Shown one piece after another: positions 13,301-27,900 of a stretch of DNA of 64,000 bases. Origin of the DNA: the human T2T-CHM13v2.0 reference genome, Homo sapiens; NCBI RefSeq assembly GCF_009914755.1, contig NC_060934.1; one strand, given 5' to 3'. A program made the translations under genes and the position numbers. How positions within the stretch are numbered: position 1 is the first letter of the stretch; the number at the start of each line of letters is the position of its first letter. The notes under the pieces were generated by a model. The model saw nothing but the letters and a program-made list of their open reading frames with translations. It was not told the origin of the DNA and did not search any database.

Positions 13301-16300
13301 CTTTGTGATGTGTGTGTTCAACTCACAGAGTTTAACCTTTCTTTAATCGAGCAGTTTGGAAATACACTCTTTGTAAGTCTGCAGGTGGATATTTGGCCCT
13401 CTTTGAGCCCTTCGTTGGAAACGGGATTTCCTCATATAATGCTAGACAGAAGAATTCTCAGTAACTTCTTTGTGTTGTTTGTATTCAACACACAGATTTG
13501 AACCTTCCTTTAGAGTGAGCAGATTTGAAACACTCTGTTTTTGGAATTTGCAAATGCAGATTTCAAGCGCTTCTAGGCCTATGGCAGAAAAGGAAATATC
13601 TTCGTATAAAAACTACACAGAATCATTCTCAACAACTACTTTGTGATGTGTGCGTTCAACTCACAGAGTTTAACCTTTCTTTTCATAGAGCAGTTTGGAA
13701 ACACTCTGTTTGTAAAGCCTGCAAGTGCTTTTTTGGACTTCATTGAGGCCTTCGTTGGAAACGGGATTTCTTCATATAATGCTAGACAGAAGAATTCTCA
13801 GTCACTTCTTTGTGTTGTGTGTATTCAAGTCACAGAGTTGAACCTTCTTTTAGACAGAGCAGTTTTGAAAAATTCTTTCTGTGGAATTTGGAAGTGGAGA
13901 TTTCCAGCGATTTGAGGCTAATCTTTGAAATGGAAATATCTTCGTGTAAAAACTACACAGAATCATTCTCAGAAACTGCTTTGTCATCTGTGCGTTCAGT
14001 TCACAGAGTTTCACCTTTCTCTTCATAGAGCAGTTTGGAAAGACTCTGTCTGTAAAGTCTGCAAGTGATTAGTTAGACCCCTTTGAGGCCTTCGTTGGAA
14101 GCGGGATTTCTCATTTACTGCTAGACAGAAGAATTCTCAGTAAATCCTTTGTGTTGTGTGTATTCAACTCACAGAGTGGAACCTTCCTTTATTCAGAGCA
14201 GTTTTGAAAAACACTTTTTGTGGAATTTGCAAGTGGAGATTTCAAGCGATTTGACGCCAATCTTAGACATGGAAATATCTTCATATTAAAAGTACACAGA
14301 GTCATTCGTAGAAACTAGTTTGTGATGTGTGCCTTCAACTCACAGAGTTTAACCTTTCCTTTCATAGAGCAGTTGGGAAACACTCTATTTGTAAAGTCTG
14401 CAAGTGGATATTTGGACCTCTTTGAGGCCTTCGTTGGAAACGGGATTTCTTCATATAACGCTAGACAGAAGAATTCTCAGTAACTTCTTTGTGTTGTGTG
14501 TATTCAACTCACAGAGTTGAACCTTTCTTTAGAGGGAGCAGAGGTGAAACACTCTTTTTGTGGAATTTGCTAGTGTAGATTTCAAACGCTTCGAAGACAG
14601 TGATAGAAAAGGATATATCTTCGTATTAAAAGTAGACAAAATCATTCTCAGAAAACTCTTTGTGATGTGTGTGTTCAACTCACAGAGTTTAACCTTTCTT
14701 TAATCGAGCAGTTTGGAAATACACTCTTTGTAAGTCTGCAGGTGGATATTTGGCCCTCTTTGAGCCCTTCGTTGGAAACGGGATTTCCTCATATAATGCT
14801 AGACAGAAGAATTCTCAGTAACTTCTTTGTGTTGTTTGTATTCAACACACAGATTTGAACCTTCCTTTAGAGAGAGCAAATTTGAAACACTCTGTTTTTG
14901 GAATTTGCAAGTGCAGATTTCAAGCGCTTCTAGGCCTATGGCAGAAAAGGAAATATCTTCGTATAAAAACTACACAGAATCATTCTCAACAACTACTTTG
15001 TGATGTGTGCGTTCAACTCACAGAGGTTAACCTTTCTTTTCATAGAGCAGTTTGGAAACACTCTGTTTGTAAAGCCTGCAAGTGCTTTTTTGGACTTCAT
15101 TGAGGCCTTCGTTGGAAACGGGATTTCTTCATACAACGCTAGACAGAAGAATTCTCAGTAACTTCTTTGTGTTGTGTGTATTCAACTCACAGAGTTGAAC
15201 CTTTCTTTAGAGAGAACAGAGTTGAAACACTCTGTTTTTGGAATTTGCAAGTGCAGATTTCAAGCGATTCTAGGCCTATGGCAGAAAAGAAAATATCTTC
15301 GTATAAAAACTACACAGAATCATTCTCAACAACTACTTTGTGATGTGTGCGTTCAACTCACAGAGTTTAACCTTTCTTTTCATAGAGCAGTTTGGAAACA
15401 CTCTGTTTGTAAAGCCTGCCAGTGCTTTATTGGACTTCATTGAGGCCTTCGTTGGAAACGGGATTTCTTCATATAATGCTAGACAGAAGAATTCTCAGTA
15501 AATCCTTTGTGTTGTGTTTATTCAACTCACAGAGTGGAACCTTCCTTTATTCAGAGCAGTTTTGAAACACTCTTTTTGTGGAATTTGCAAGTGGAGATTT
15601 CAAGCGATTTGACGCCAATCTTAGACATGGAAATATCTTCATATTAAAAGTACACAGAATCATTCGTAGAAACTAGTTTGTGATGTGTGCCTTCAACTCA
15701 CAGAGTTTAACCTTTCTTTTCATAGAGCAGTTCGGAAACATTCTATTTGTAAAGTCTGCAAGTGGATATTTGGACCTCTTTGAGGCCTTCGTTGGAAAAG
15801 GGATTTCTTCATATAACGCTAGACAGAAGAATTCTCAGTAACTTCTTTGTGTTGTGTGTATTCAACTCACAGAGTTGAACCTTTCTTGAGAGAGAGCAGA
15901 GTGGAAACACTCTTTTTGTGGAATTTGCTAGTGCAGATTTCAAACGCTTCGAAGACAGTGATAGAAAAGGATATATCTTCGTATTAAAACTAGACAAAAT
16001 CATTCTCAGAAAACACTTTGTGATGTGTGTGTTCAACTCACAGAGTTTAACCTTTCTTTAATCGAGCAGTTTGGAAATACACTCTTTGTAAGTCTGCAGG
16101 TGGATAATTGGCCCTCTTTGAGCCCTTCATTGGAAACGGGATTTCCTCATATAATGCTAGACAGAAGAATTCTCAGTAACTTCTTTGTGTTGTTTGTATT
16201 CAACTCACAGATTTGAACCTTCCTTTAGAGAGAGCAGATTTGAAACTCTCTGTTTTTGGAATTTGCAAGTGCAGATTTCAAGCGCTTCTAGGCCTATGGC

Positions 16301-18544
16301 AGAAAAGGAAATATCTTCGTATAAAAACTACACAGAATCATTCTCAACAACTACTTTGTGATGTGTGCGTTCAACTCACAGAGTTTAACCTTTCTTTTCA
16401 TAGAGCAGTTTGGAAACACTCTGTTTGTAAAGCCTGCAAGTGCTTTTTTGGACTTCATTGAGGCCTTCGTTGGAAACGGGATTTCTTCATATAATGCTAG
16501 ACAGAAGAATTCTCAGTCACTTCTTTGTGTTGTGTGTTTATTCAAGTCACAGAGTTGAACCTTCTTTTAGACAGAGCAGTTTTGAAAAATTCTTTCTGTG
16601 TAATTTGCAAGTGGAGATTTCAAGCGATTTGAGGCTAATCTTTGAAATGGAAATATCTTCGTGTAAAAACTACACAGAATCATTCTCAGAAACTGCTTTG
16701 TCATCTGTGCGTTCAGTTCACAGAGTTTCACCTTTCTCTTCATAGAGCAGTTTGGAAAGACTCTGTCTGTAAAGTCTGCAAGTGATTAGTTAGACCCCTT
16801 TGAGGCCTTCGTTGGAAGCGGGATTTCTCATTTACTGCTAGACAGAAGAATTCTCAGTAAATCCTTTGTGTTGTGTGTATTCAACTCACAGAGTGGAACC
16901 TTCCTTTATTCAGAGCAGTTTTGAAACACTCTTTTTGTGGAATTTGCAAGTGGAGATTTCAAGCGATTTGACGCCAATCTTAGACATGGAAATATCTTCA
17001 TATTAAAAGTACACAGAGTCATTCGTAGAAACTAGTTTGTGATGTGTGCCTTCAACTCACAGAGTTTAACCTTTCTTTTCATAGAGCAGTTGGGAAACAC
17101 TCTATTTGTAAAGTCTGCAAGTGGATATTTGGACCTCTTTGAGGCCTTCGTTGGAAACGGGATTTCTTCATATAATGCTAGACAGAAGAATTCTCAGTAA
17201 CTTCTTTGTGTTGTGTGTATTCAACTCACAGAGTTGAACCTTTCTTTAGAGGGAGCAGAGGTGAAACACTCTTTTTGTGGAATTTGCTAGTGCAGATTTC
17301 AAACGCTTCGAAGACAGTGATAGAAAAGGATATATCTTCGTATTAAAAGTAGACAAAATCATTCTCAGAAAACTCTTTGTGATGTGTGTGTTCAACTCAC
17401 AGAGTTTAACCTTTCTTTAATCGAGCAGTTTGGAAATACACTCTTTGTAAGTCTGCAGGTGGATATTTGGCCCTCTTTGAGCCCTTCGTTGGAAACGGGA
17501 TTTCCTCATATAATGCTAGACAGAAGAATTCTCAGTAACTTCTTTGTGTTGTTTGTATTCAACACACAGATTTGAACCTTCCTTTAGAGAGAGCAGATTT
17601 GAAACACTCTGTTTTTGGAATTTGCAAGTGCAGATTTCAAGCGCTTCTAGGCCTATGGCAGAAAAGGAAATATCTTCGTATAAAAACTACACAGAATCAT
17701 TCTCAACAACTAGTTTGTGATGTGTGCGTTCAACTCACAGAGTTTAACCTTTCTTTTCATAGAGCAGTTTGGAAACACTCTGTTTGTAAAGCCTGCAAGT
17801 GCTTTTTTGGACTTCATTGAGGCCTTCGTTGGAAACGGGATTTCTTCATATAATGCTAGACAGAAGAATTCTCAGTCACTTCTTTGTGTTGTGTGTATTC
17901 AAGTCACAGAGTTGAACCTTCCTTTAGACAGAGCAGTTTTGAAAAATTCTTTCTGTGGAGTTTGCAAGTGGAGATTTCAAGCGATTTGAGGCTAATCTTT
18001 GAAATGGAAATATCTTCGTGTAAAAACTACACAGAATCATTCTCAGAAACTGCTTTGTCATCTGTGCGTTCAGTTCACAGAGTTTCACCTTTCTCTTCAT
18101 AGAGCAGTTTGGAAAGACTCTGTCTGTAAAGTCTGCAAGTGATTAGTTAGACCCCTTTGAGGCCTTCGTTGGAAGCGGGATTTCTCATTTACTGCTAGAC
18201 AGAAGAATTCTCAGTAAATCCTTTGTGTTGTGTGTATTCAACTCACAGAGTGGAACCTTCCTTTATTCAGAGCAGTTTTGAAAAACACTTTTTGTGGAAT
18301 TTGCAAGTGGAGATTTCAAGCGATTTGACGCCAATCTTAGACATGGAAATATCTTCATATTAAAAGTACACAGAGTCATTCGTAGAAACTAGTTTGTGAT
18401 GTGTGCCTTCAACTCACAGAGTTTAACCTTTCTTTTCATAGAGCAGTTTGGAAACACTCTATTTGTAAAGTCTGCAAGTGGATATTTGGACCTCTTTGAG
18501 GCCTTCGTTGGAAACGGGATTTCTTCATACAACGCTAGACAGAA
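10397..18544 (+). repeat. Tandem duplication of a 24-monomer unit (4074 bp; D-A-A-C-D-A-B-C-D-A-B-C x2)
   Basis: ORF offsets 10593->14667, 11951->16025 and 13310->17384 all equal 4074. The copies share private variants and a 2-bp insertion. Confidence 0.9.
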
Positions 18545-21500
18545 GAATTCTCAGTAACTTCTTTGTGTTGTGTGTATTCAACTCACAGAGTTGAACCTTT
18601 CTTTAGAGAGAGCAGAGTTGAAACACTCTGTTTTTGGAATTTGCAAGTGCAGATTTCAAGCGATTCTAGGCCTATGGCAGAAAAGGAAATATCTTCGTAT
18701 AAAAACTACACAGAATCATTCTCAACAACTACTTTGTGATGTGTGCGTTCAACTCACAGAGTTTAACCTTTCTTTTCATAGAGCAGTTTGGAAACACTCT
18801 GTTTGTAAAGCCTGCAAGTGCTTTTTTGGACTTCATTGAGGCCTTCGTTGGAAACGGGATTTCTTCATATAATGCTAGACAGAAGAATTCTCAGTCACTT
18901 CTTTGTGTTGTGGGTATTCAAGTCACAGAGTTGAACCTTCCTTTAGACAGAGCAGTTTTGAAAAATTCTTTCTGTGGAATTTGCAAGTGGAGATTTCAAG
19001 CGATTTGAGGCTAATCTTTGAAATGGAAATATCTTCGTGTAAAAACTACACAGAATCATTCTCAGAAACTGCTTTGTCATCTGTGCGTTCAGTTCACAGA
19101 GTTTCACCTTTCTCTTCATAGAGCAGTTTGGAAAGACTCTGTCTGTAAAGTCTGCAAGTGATTAGTTAGACCCCTTTGAGGCCTTCGTTGGAAGTGGGAT
19201 TTCTCATTTACTGCTAGACAGAAGAATTCTCAGTAAATCCTTTGTGTTGTGTGTATTCAACTCACAGAGTGGAACCTTCCTTTATTCAGAGCAGTTTTGA
19301 AACACTCTTTTTGTGGAATTTGCAAGTGGAGATTTCAAGCGATTTGACGCCAATCTTAGACATGGAAATATCTTCATATTAAAAGTACACAGAGTCATTC
19401 GTAGAAACTAGTTTGTGATGTGTGCCTTCAACTCACAGAGTTTAACCTTTCTTTTCATAGAGCAGTTGGGAAACACTCTATTTGTAAAGTCTGCAAGTGG
19501 ATATTTGGACCTCTTTGAGGCCTTCCTTGGAAACGGGATTTCTTCATATAACGCTAGACAGAAGAATTCTCAGTAACTTCTTTGTGTTGTGTGTATTCAA
19601 CTCACAGAGTTGAACCTTTCTTTAGAGGGAGCAGAGGTGAAACACTCTTTTTGTGGAATTTGCTAGTGTAGATTTCAAACGCTTCGAAGACAGTGATAGA
19701 AAAGGATATATCTTCGTATTAAAAGTAGACAAAATCATTCTCAGAAAACTCTTTGTGATGTGTGTGTTCAACTCACAGAGTTTAACCTTTCTTTAATCGA
19801 GCAGTTTGGAAATACACTCTTTGTAAGTCTGCAGGTGGATATTTGGCCCTCTTTGAGCCCTTCGTTGGAAACGGGATTTCCTCATATAATGCTAGACAGA
19901 AGAATTCTCAGTAACTTCTTTGTGTTGTTTGTATTCAACACACAGATTTGAACCTTCCTTTAGAGAGAGCAGATTTGAAACACTCTGTTTTTGGAATTTG
20001 CAAGTGCAGATTTCAAGCGCTTCTAGGCCTATGGCAGAAAAGGAAATATCTTCGTATAAAAACTACACAGAATCATTCTCAACAACTACTTTGTGATGTG
20101 TGCGTTCAACTCACAGAGTTTAACCTTTCTTTTCATAGAGCAGCTTGGAAACACTCTGTTTGTAAAGCCTGCAAGTGCTTTTTTGGACTTCATTGAGGCC
20201 TTCGTTGGAAACGGGATTTCTTCATATAATGCTAGACAGAAGAATTCTCAGTCACTTCTTTGTGTTGTGTGTATTCAAGTCACAGAGTTGAACTTTCCTT
20301 TAGACAGAGCAGTTTTGAAAAATTCTTTCTGTGGAGTTTGCAAGTGGAGATTTCAAGCGATTTGAGGCTAATCTTTGAAATGGAAATATCTTCGTGTAAA
20401 AACTACACAGAATCATTCTCAGAAACTGCTTTGTCATCTGTGCGTTCAGTTCACAGAGTTTCACCTTTCTCTTCATAGAGCAGTTTGGAAAGACTCTGTC
20501 TGTAAAGTCTGCAAGTGATTAGTTAGACCCCTTTGAGGCCTTCGTTGGAAGCGGGATTTCTCATTTACTGCTAGACAGAAGAATTCTCAGTAAATCCTTT
20601 GTGTTGTGTGTATTCAACTCACAGAGTGGAACCTTCCTTTATTCAGAGTAGTTTTGAAAAACACTTTTTGTGGAATTTGCAAGTGGAGATTTCAAGCGAT
20701 TTGACGCCAATCTTAGACATGGAAATATCTTCATATTAAAAGTACACAGAGTCATTCGCAGAAGCTAGTTTGTGATGTGTGCCTTCAACTCACAGAGTTT
20801 AACCTTTCTTTTCATAGAGCAGTTTGGAAACACTCTATTTGTAAAGTCTGCAAGTGGATATTTGGACCTCTTTGAGGCCTTCGTTGGAAACGGGATTTCT
20901 TCATACAACGCTAGACAGAAGAATTCTCAGTAACTTCTTTGTGTTGTGTGTATTCAACTCACAGAGTTGAACCTTTCTTTAGAGAGAGCAGAGTTGAAAC
21001 ACCCTGTTTTTGGAATTTGCAAGTGCAGATTTCAAGCGATTCTAGGCCTATGGCAGAAAAGGAAATATCTTCGTATAAAAACTACACAGAATCATTCTCA
21101 ACAACTACTTTGTGATGTGTGCGTTCAACTCACAGAGTTTAACCTTTCTTTTCATAGAGCAGTTTGGAAACACTCTGTTTGTAAAGCCTGCAAGTGCTTT
21201 TTTGGACTTCATTGAGGCCTTCGTTGGAAACGGGATTTCTTCATATAATGCTAGACAGAAGAATTCTCAGTCACTTCTTTGTGTTGTGTGTATTCAAGTC
21301 ACAGAGTTGAACCTTCCTTTAGACAGAGCAGTTTTGAAAAATTCTTTCTGTGTAATTTGCAAGTGGAGATTTCAAGCGATTTGAGGCTAATCTTTGAAAT
21401 GGAAATATCTTCGTGTAAAAACTACACAGAATCATTCTCAGAAACTGCTTTGTCATCTGTGCGTTCAGTTCACAGAGTTTCACCTTTCTCTTCATAGAGC

Positions 21501-21939
21501 AGTTTGGAAAGACTCTGTCTGTAAAGTCTGCAAGTGATTAGTTAGACCCCTTTGAGGCCTTCGTTGGAAGCGGGATTTCTCATTTACTGCTAGACAGAAG
21601 AATTCTCAGTAAATCCTTTGTGTTGTGTGTATTCAACTCACAGAGTGGAACCTTCCTTTATTCAGAGCAGTTTTGAAACACTCTTTTTGTGGAATTTGCA
21701 AGTGGAGATTTCAAGCGATTTGACGCCAATCTTAGACATGGAAATATCTTCATATTAAAAGTACACAGAGTCATTCGTAGAAACTAGTTTGTGATGTGTG
21801 CCTTCAACTCACAGAGTTTAACCTTTCTTTTCATAGAGCAGTTGGGAAACACTCTATTTGTAAAGTCTGCAAGTGGATATTTGGACCTCTTTGAGGCCTT
21901 CGTTGGAAACGGGATTTCTTCATATAACGCTAGACAGAA
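17188..21939 (+). repeat. Run of 14-mer super-units (D-A-B-C-A-B-C, 2376 bp) x2
   Basis: D-dimer ORFs at 17384, 19760 and 22136 are spaced 2376 bp apart. Confidence 0.88.
17526..18544 (+). repeat. Example 6-mer HOR variant A-B-C (~1019 bp)
   Basis: C is followed directly by A. ORF offset 17884->18903 = 1019. Confidence 0.9.
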
Positions 21940-24900
21940 GAATTCTCAGTAACTTCTTTGTGTTGTGTGTATTCAACTCACAGAGTTGAACATTTCTTTA
22001 GAGGGAGCAGAGGTGAAACAGTCTTTTTGTGGAATTTGCTAGTGTAGATTTCAAACGCTTCGAAGTCAGTGATAGAAAAGGATATATCTTCGTATTAAAA
22101 GTAGACAAAATCATTCTCAGAAAACTCTTTGTGATGTGTGTGTTCAACTCACAGAGTTTAACCTTTCTTTAATCGAGCAGTTTGGAAATACACTCTTTGT
22201 AAGTCTGCAGGTGGATATTTGGCCCTCTTTGAGCCCTTCTTTGGAAACGGGATTTCCTCTTATAATGCTAGACAGAAGAATTCTCAGTAACTTCTTTGTG
22301 TTGTTTGTATTCAACACACAGATTTGAACCTTCCTTTAGAGAGAGCAGATTAGAAACACTCTGTTTTTGGAATTTGCAAGTGCAGATTTCAAGCGCTTCT
22401 AGGCCTATGGCAGAAAAGGAAATATCTTCGTATAAAAACTACACAGAATCATTCTCAACAACTACTTTGTGATGTGTGCGTTCAACTCACAGAGGTTAAC
22501 CTTTCTTTTCATAGAGCAGTTTGGAAACACTCTGTTTGTAAAGCCTGCAAGTGCTTTTTTGGACTTCATTGAGGCCTTCGTTGGAAACGGGATTTCTTCA
22601 TACAACGCTAGACAGAAGAATTCTCAGTAACTTCTTTGTGTTGTGTGTATTCAACTCACAGAGTTGAACCTTTCTTTAGAGAGAACAGAGTTGAAACACT
22701 CTGTTTTTGGAATTTGCAAGTGCAGATTTCAAGCGATTCTAGGCCTATGGCAGAAAAGGAAATATCTTCGTATAAAAACTACACAGAATCATTCTCAACA
22801 ACTACTTTGTGATGTGTGCGTTCAACTCACAGAGTTTAACCTTTCTTTTCGTAGAGCAGTTTGGAAACACTCTGTTTGTAAAGCCTGCAAGTGCTTTTTT
22901 GGACTTCATTGAGGCCTTCGTTGGAAACGGGATTTCTTCATATAATGCTAGACAGAAGAATTCTCAGTCACTTCTTTGTGTTGTGTGTATTCAAGTCACA
23001 GAGTTGAACCTTCCTTTAGACAGAGCAGTTTTGAAAAATTCTTTCTGTGGAGTTTGCAAGTGGAGATTTCAAGCGATTTGAGGCTAATCTTTGAAATGGA
23101 AATATCTTCGTGTAAAAACTACACAGAATCATTCTCAGAAACTGCTTTGTCATCTGTGCGTTCAGTTCACAGAGTTTCACCTTTCTCTTCATAGAGCAGT
23201 TTGGAAAGACTCTGTCTGTAAAGTCTGCAAGTGATTAGTTAGACCCCTTTGAGGCCTTCGTTGGAAGCGGGATTTCTCATTTACTGCTAGACAGAAGAAT
23301 TCTCAGTAAATCCTTTGTGTTGTGTGTATTCAACTCACAGAGTGGAACCTTCCTTTATTCAGAGCAGTTTTGAAAAACACTTTTTGTGGAATTTGCAAGT
23401 GGAGATTTCAAGCGATTTGACGCCAATCTTAGACATGGAAATATCTTCATATTAAAAGTACACAGAGTCATTCGTAGAAACTAGTTTGTGATGTGTGCCT
23501 TCAACTCACAGAGTTTAACCTTTCTTTTCATAGACCAGTTTGGAAACACTCTATTTGTAAAGTCTGCAAGTGGATATTTGGACCTCTTTGAGGCCTTCGT
23601 TGGAAACGGGATTTCTTCATACAACGCTATACAGAAGAATTCTCAGTAACTTCTTTGTGTTGTGTGTATTCAACTCACAGAGTTGAACCTTTCTTTAGAG
23701 AGAGCAGAGTTGAAACACTCTGTTTTTGGAATTTGCAAGTGCAGATTTCAAGCGATTCTAGGCCTATGGCAGAAAAGGAAATATCTTCGTATAAAAACTA
23801 CACAGAATCATTCTCAACAACAACTTTGTGATGTGTGCGTTCAACTCACAGAGTTTAACCTTTCTTTTCATAGAGCAGTTTGGAAACACTCTGTTTGTAA
23901 AGCCTGCAAGTGCTTTTTTGGACTTCATTGAGGCCTTCGTTGGAAACGGGATTTCTTCATATAATGCTAGACAGAAGAATTCTCAGTCACTTCTTTGTGT
24001 TGTGTGTATTCAAGTCACAGAGTTGAACCTTCCTTTAGACAGAGCAGTTTTGAAAAATTCTTTCTGTGTAATTTGCAAGTGGAGATTTCAAGCGATTTGA
24101 GGCTAATCTTTGAAATGGAAATATCTTCGTGTAAAAACTACACAGAATCATTCTCAGAAACTGCTTTGTCATCTGTGCGTTCAGTTCACAGAGTTTCACC
24201 TTTCTCTTCATAGAGCAGTTTGGAAAGACTCTGTCTGTAAAGTCTGCAAGTGATTAGTTAGAACCCTTTGAGGCCTTCGTTGGAAGCGGGATTTCTCATT
24301 TACTGCTAGACAGAAGAATTCTCAGTAAATCCTTTGTGTTGTGTGTATTCAACTCACAGAGTGGAACCTTCCTTTATTCAGAGCAGTTTTGAAACACTCT
24401 TTTTGTGGAATTTGCAAGTGGAGATTTCAAGCGATTTGACGCCAATCTTAGACATGGAAATATCTTCATATTAAAAGTACACAGAGTCATTCGTAGAAAC
24501 TAGTTTGTGATGTGTGCCTTCAACTCACAGAGTTTAACCTTTCTTTTCATAGAGCAGTTGGGAAACACTCTATTTGTAAAGTCTGCAAGTGGATATTTGG
24601 ACCTCTTTGAGGCCTTCGTTGGAAACGGGATTTCTTCATATAACGCTAGACAGAAGAATTCTCAGTAACTTCTTTGTGTTGTGTGTATTCAACTCACAGA
24701 GTTGAACCTTTCTTTAGAGGGAGCAGAGGTGAAACACTCTTTTTGTGGAATTTGCTAGTGTAGATTTCAAACGCTTCGAAGACAGTGATAGAAAAGGATA
24801 TATCTTCGTATTAAAAGTAGACAAAATCATTCTCAGAAAACTCTTTGTGATGTGTGGGTTCAACTCACAGAGTTTAACCTTTCTTTAATCGAGCAGTTTG

Positions 24901-27900
24901 GAAATACACTCTTTGTAAGTCTGCAGGTGGATATTTGGCCCTCTTTGAGCCCTTCTTTGGAAACGGGATTTCCTCTTATAATGCTAGACAGAAGAATTCT
25001 CAGTAACTTCTTTGTGTTGTTTGTATTCAACACACAGATTTGAACCTTCCTTTAGAGAGAGCAGATTAGAAACACTCTGTTTTTGGAATTTGCAAGTGCA
25101 GATTTCAAGCGCTTCTAGGCCTATGGCAGAAAAGGAAATATCTTCGTATAAAAACTACACAGAATCATTCTCAACAACTACTTTGTGATGTGTGCGTTCA
25201 ACTCACAGAGGTTAACCTTTCTTTTCATAGAGCAGTTTGGAAACACTCTGTTTGTAAAGCCTGCAAGTGCTTTTTTGGACTTCATTGAGGCCTTCGTTGG
25301 AAACGGGATTTCTTCATACAACGCTAGACAGAAGAATTCTCAGTAACTTCTTTGTGTTGTGTGTATTCAACTCACAGAGTTGAACCTTTCTTTAGAGAGA
25401 ACAGAGTTGAAACACTCTGTTTTTGGAATTTGCAAGTGCAGATTTCAAGCGATTCTAGGCCTATGGCAGAAAAGGAAATATCTTCGTATAAAAACTACAC
25501 AGAATCATTCTCAACAACTACTTTGTGATGTGTGCGTTCAACTCACAGAGTTTAACCTTTCTTTTCGTAGAGCAGTTTGGAAACACTCTGTTTGTAAAGC
25601 CTGCAAGTGCTTTTTTGGACTTCATTGAGGCCTTCGTTGGAAACGGGATTTCTTCATATAATGCTAGACAGAAGAATTCTCAGTCACTTCTTTGTGTTGT
25701 GTGTATTCAAGTCACAGAGTTGAACCTTCCTTTAGACAGAGCAGTTTTGAAAAATTCTTTCTGTGGAGTTTGCAAGTGGAGATTTCAAGCGATTTGAGGC
25801 TAATCTTTGAAATGGAAATATCTTCGTGTAAAAACTACACAGAATCATTCTCAGAAACTGCTTTGTCATCTGTGCGTTCAGTTCACAGAGTTTCACCTTT
25901 CTCTTCATAGAGCAGTTTGGAAAGACTCTGTCTGTAAAGTCTGCAAGTGATTAGTTAGACCCCTTTGAGGCCTTCGTTGGAAGCGGGATTTCTCATTTAC
26001 TGCTAGACAGAAGAATTCTCAGTAAATCCTTTGTGTTGTGTGTATTCAACTCACAGAGTGGAACCTTCCTTTATTCAGAGCAGTTTTGAAAAACACTTTT
26101 TGTGGAATTTGCAAGTGGAGATTTCAAGCGATTTGACGCCAATCTTAGACATGGAAATATCTTCATATTAAAAGTACACAGAGTCATTCGTAGAAACTAG
26201 TTTGTGATGTGTGCCTTCAACTCACAGAGTTTAACCTTTCTTTTCATAGACCAGTTTGGAAACACTCTATTTGTAAAGTCTGCAAGTGGATATTTGGACC
26301 TCTTTGAGGCCTTCGTTGGAAACGGGATTTCTTCATACAACGCTATACAGAAGAATTCTCAGTAACTTCTTTGTGTTGTGTGTATTCAACTCACAGAGTT
26401 GAACCTTTCTTTAGAGAGAGCAGAGTTGAAACACTCTGTTTTTGGAATTTGCAAGTGCAGATTTCAAGCGATTCTAGGCCTATGGCAGAAAAGGAAATAT
26501 CTTCGTATAAAAACTACACAGAATCATTCTCAACAACAACTTTGTGATGTGTGCGTTCAACTCACAGAGTTTAACCTTTCTTTTCATAGAGCAGTTTGGA
26601 AACACTCTGTTTGTAAAGCCTGCAAGTGCTTTTTTGGACTTCATTGAGGCCTTCGTTGGAAACGGGATTTCTTCATATAATGCTAGACAGAAGAATTCTC
26701 AGTCACTTCTTTGTGTTGTGTGTATTCAAGTCACAGAGTTGAACCTTCCTTTAGACAGAGCAGTTTTGAAAAATTCTTTCTGTGTAATTTGCAAGTGGAG
26801 ATTTCAAGCGATTTGAGGCTAATCTTTGAAATGGAAATATCTTCGTGTAAAAACTACACAGAATCATTCTCAGAAACTGCTTTGTCATCTGTGCGTTCAG
26901 TTCACAGAGTTTCACCTTTCTCTTCATAGAGCAGTTTGGAAAGACTCTGTCTGTAAAGTCTGCAAGTGATTAGTTAGAACCCTTTGAGGCCTTCGTTGGA
27001 AGCGGGATTTCTCATTTACTGCTAGACAGAAGAATTCTCAGTAAATCCTTTGTGTTGTGTGTATTCAACTCACAGAGTGGAACCTTCCTTTATTCAGAGC
27101 AGTTTTGAAACACTCTTTTTGTGGAATTTGCAAGTGGAGATTTCAAGCGATTTGACGCCAATCTTAGACATGGAAATATCTTCATATTAAAAGTACACAG
27201 AGTCATTCGTAGAAACTAGTTTGTGATGTGTGCCTTCAACTCACAGAGTTTAACCTTTCTTTTCATAGAGCAGTTGGGAAACACTCTATTTGTAAAGTCT
27301 GCAAGTGGATATTTGGACCTCTTTGAGGCCTTCGTTGGAAACGGGATTTCTTCATATAACGCTAGACAGAAGAATTCTCAGTAACTTCTTTGTGTTGTGT
27401 GTATTCAACTCACAGAGTTGAACCTTTCTTTAGAGGGAGCAGAGGTGAAACACTCTTTTTGTGGAATTTGCTAGTGTAGATTTCAAACGCTTCGAAGACA
27501 GTGATAGAAAAGGATATATCTTCGTATTAAAAGTAGACAAAATCATTCTCAGAAAACTCTTTGTGATGTGTGGGTTCAACTCACAGAGTTTAACCTTTCT
27601 TTAATCGAGCAGTTTGGAAATACACTCTTTGTAAGTCTGCAGGTGGATATTTGGCCCTCTTTGAGCCCTTCGTTGGAAACGGGATTTCCTCATATAATGC
27701 TAGACAGAAGAATTCTCAGTAACTTCTTTGTGTTGTTTGTATTCAACACACAGATTTGAACCTTCCTTTAGAGAGAGCAGATTAGAAACACTCTGTTTTT
27801 GGAATTTGCAAGTGCAGATTTCAAGCGCTTCTAGGCCTATGGCAGAAAAGGAAATATCTTCGTATAAAAACTACACAGAATCATTCTCAACAACTACTTT

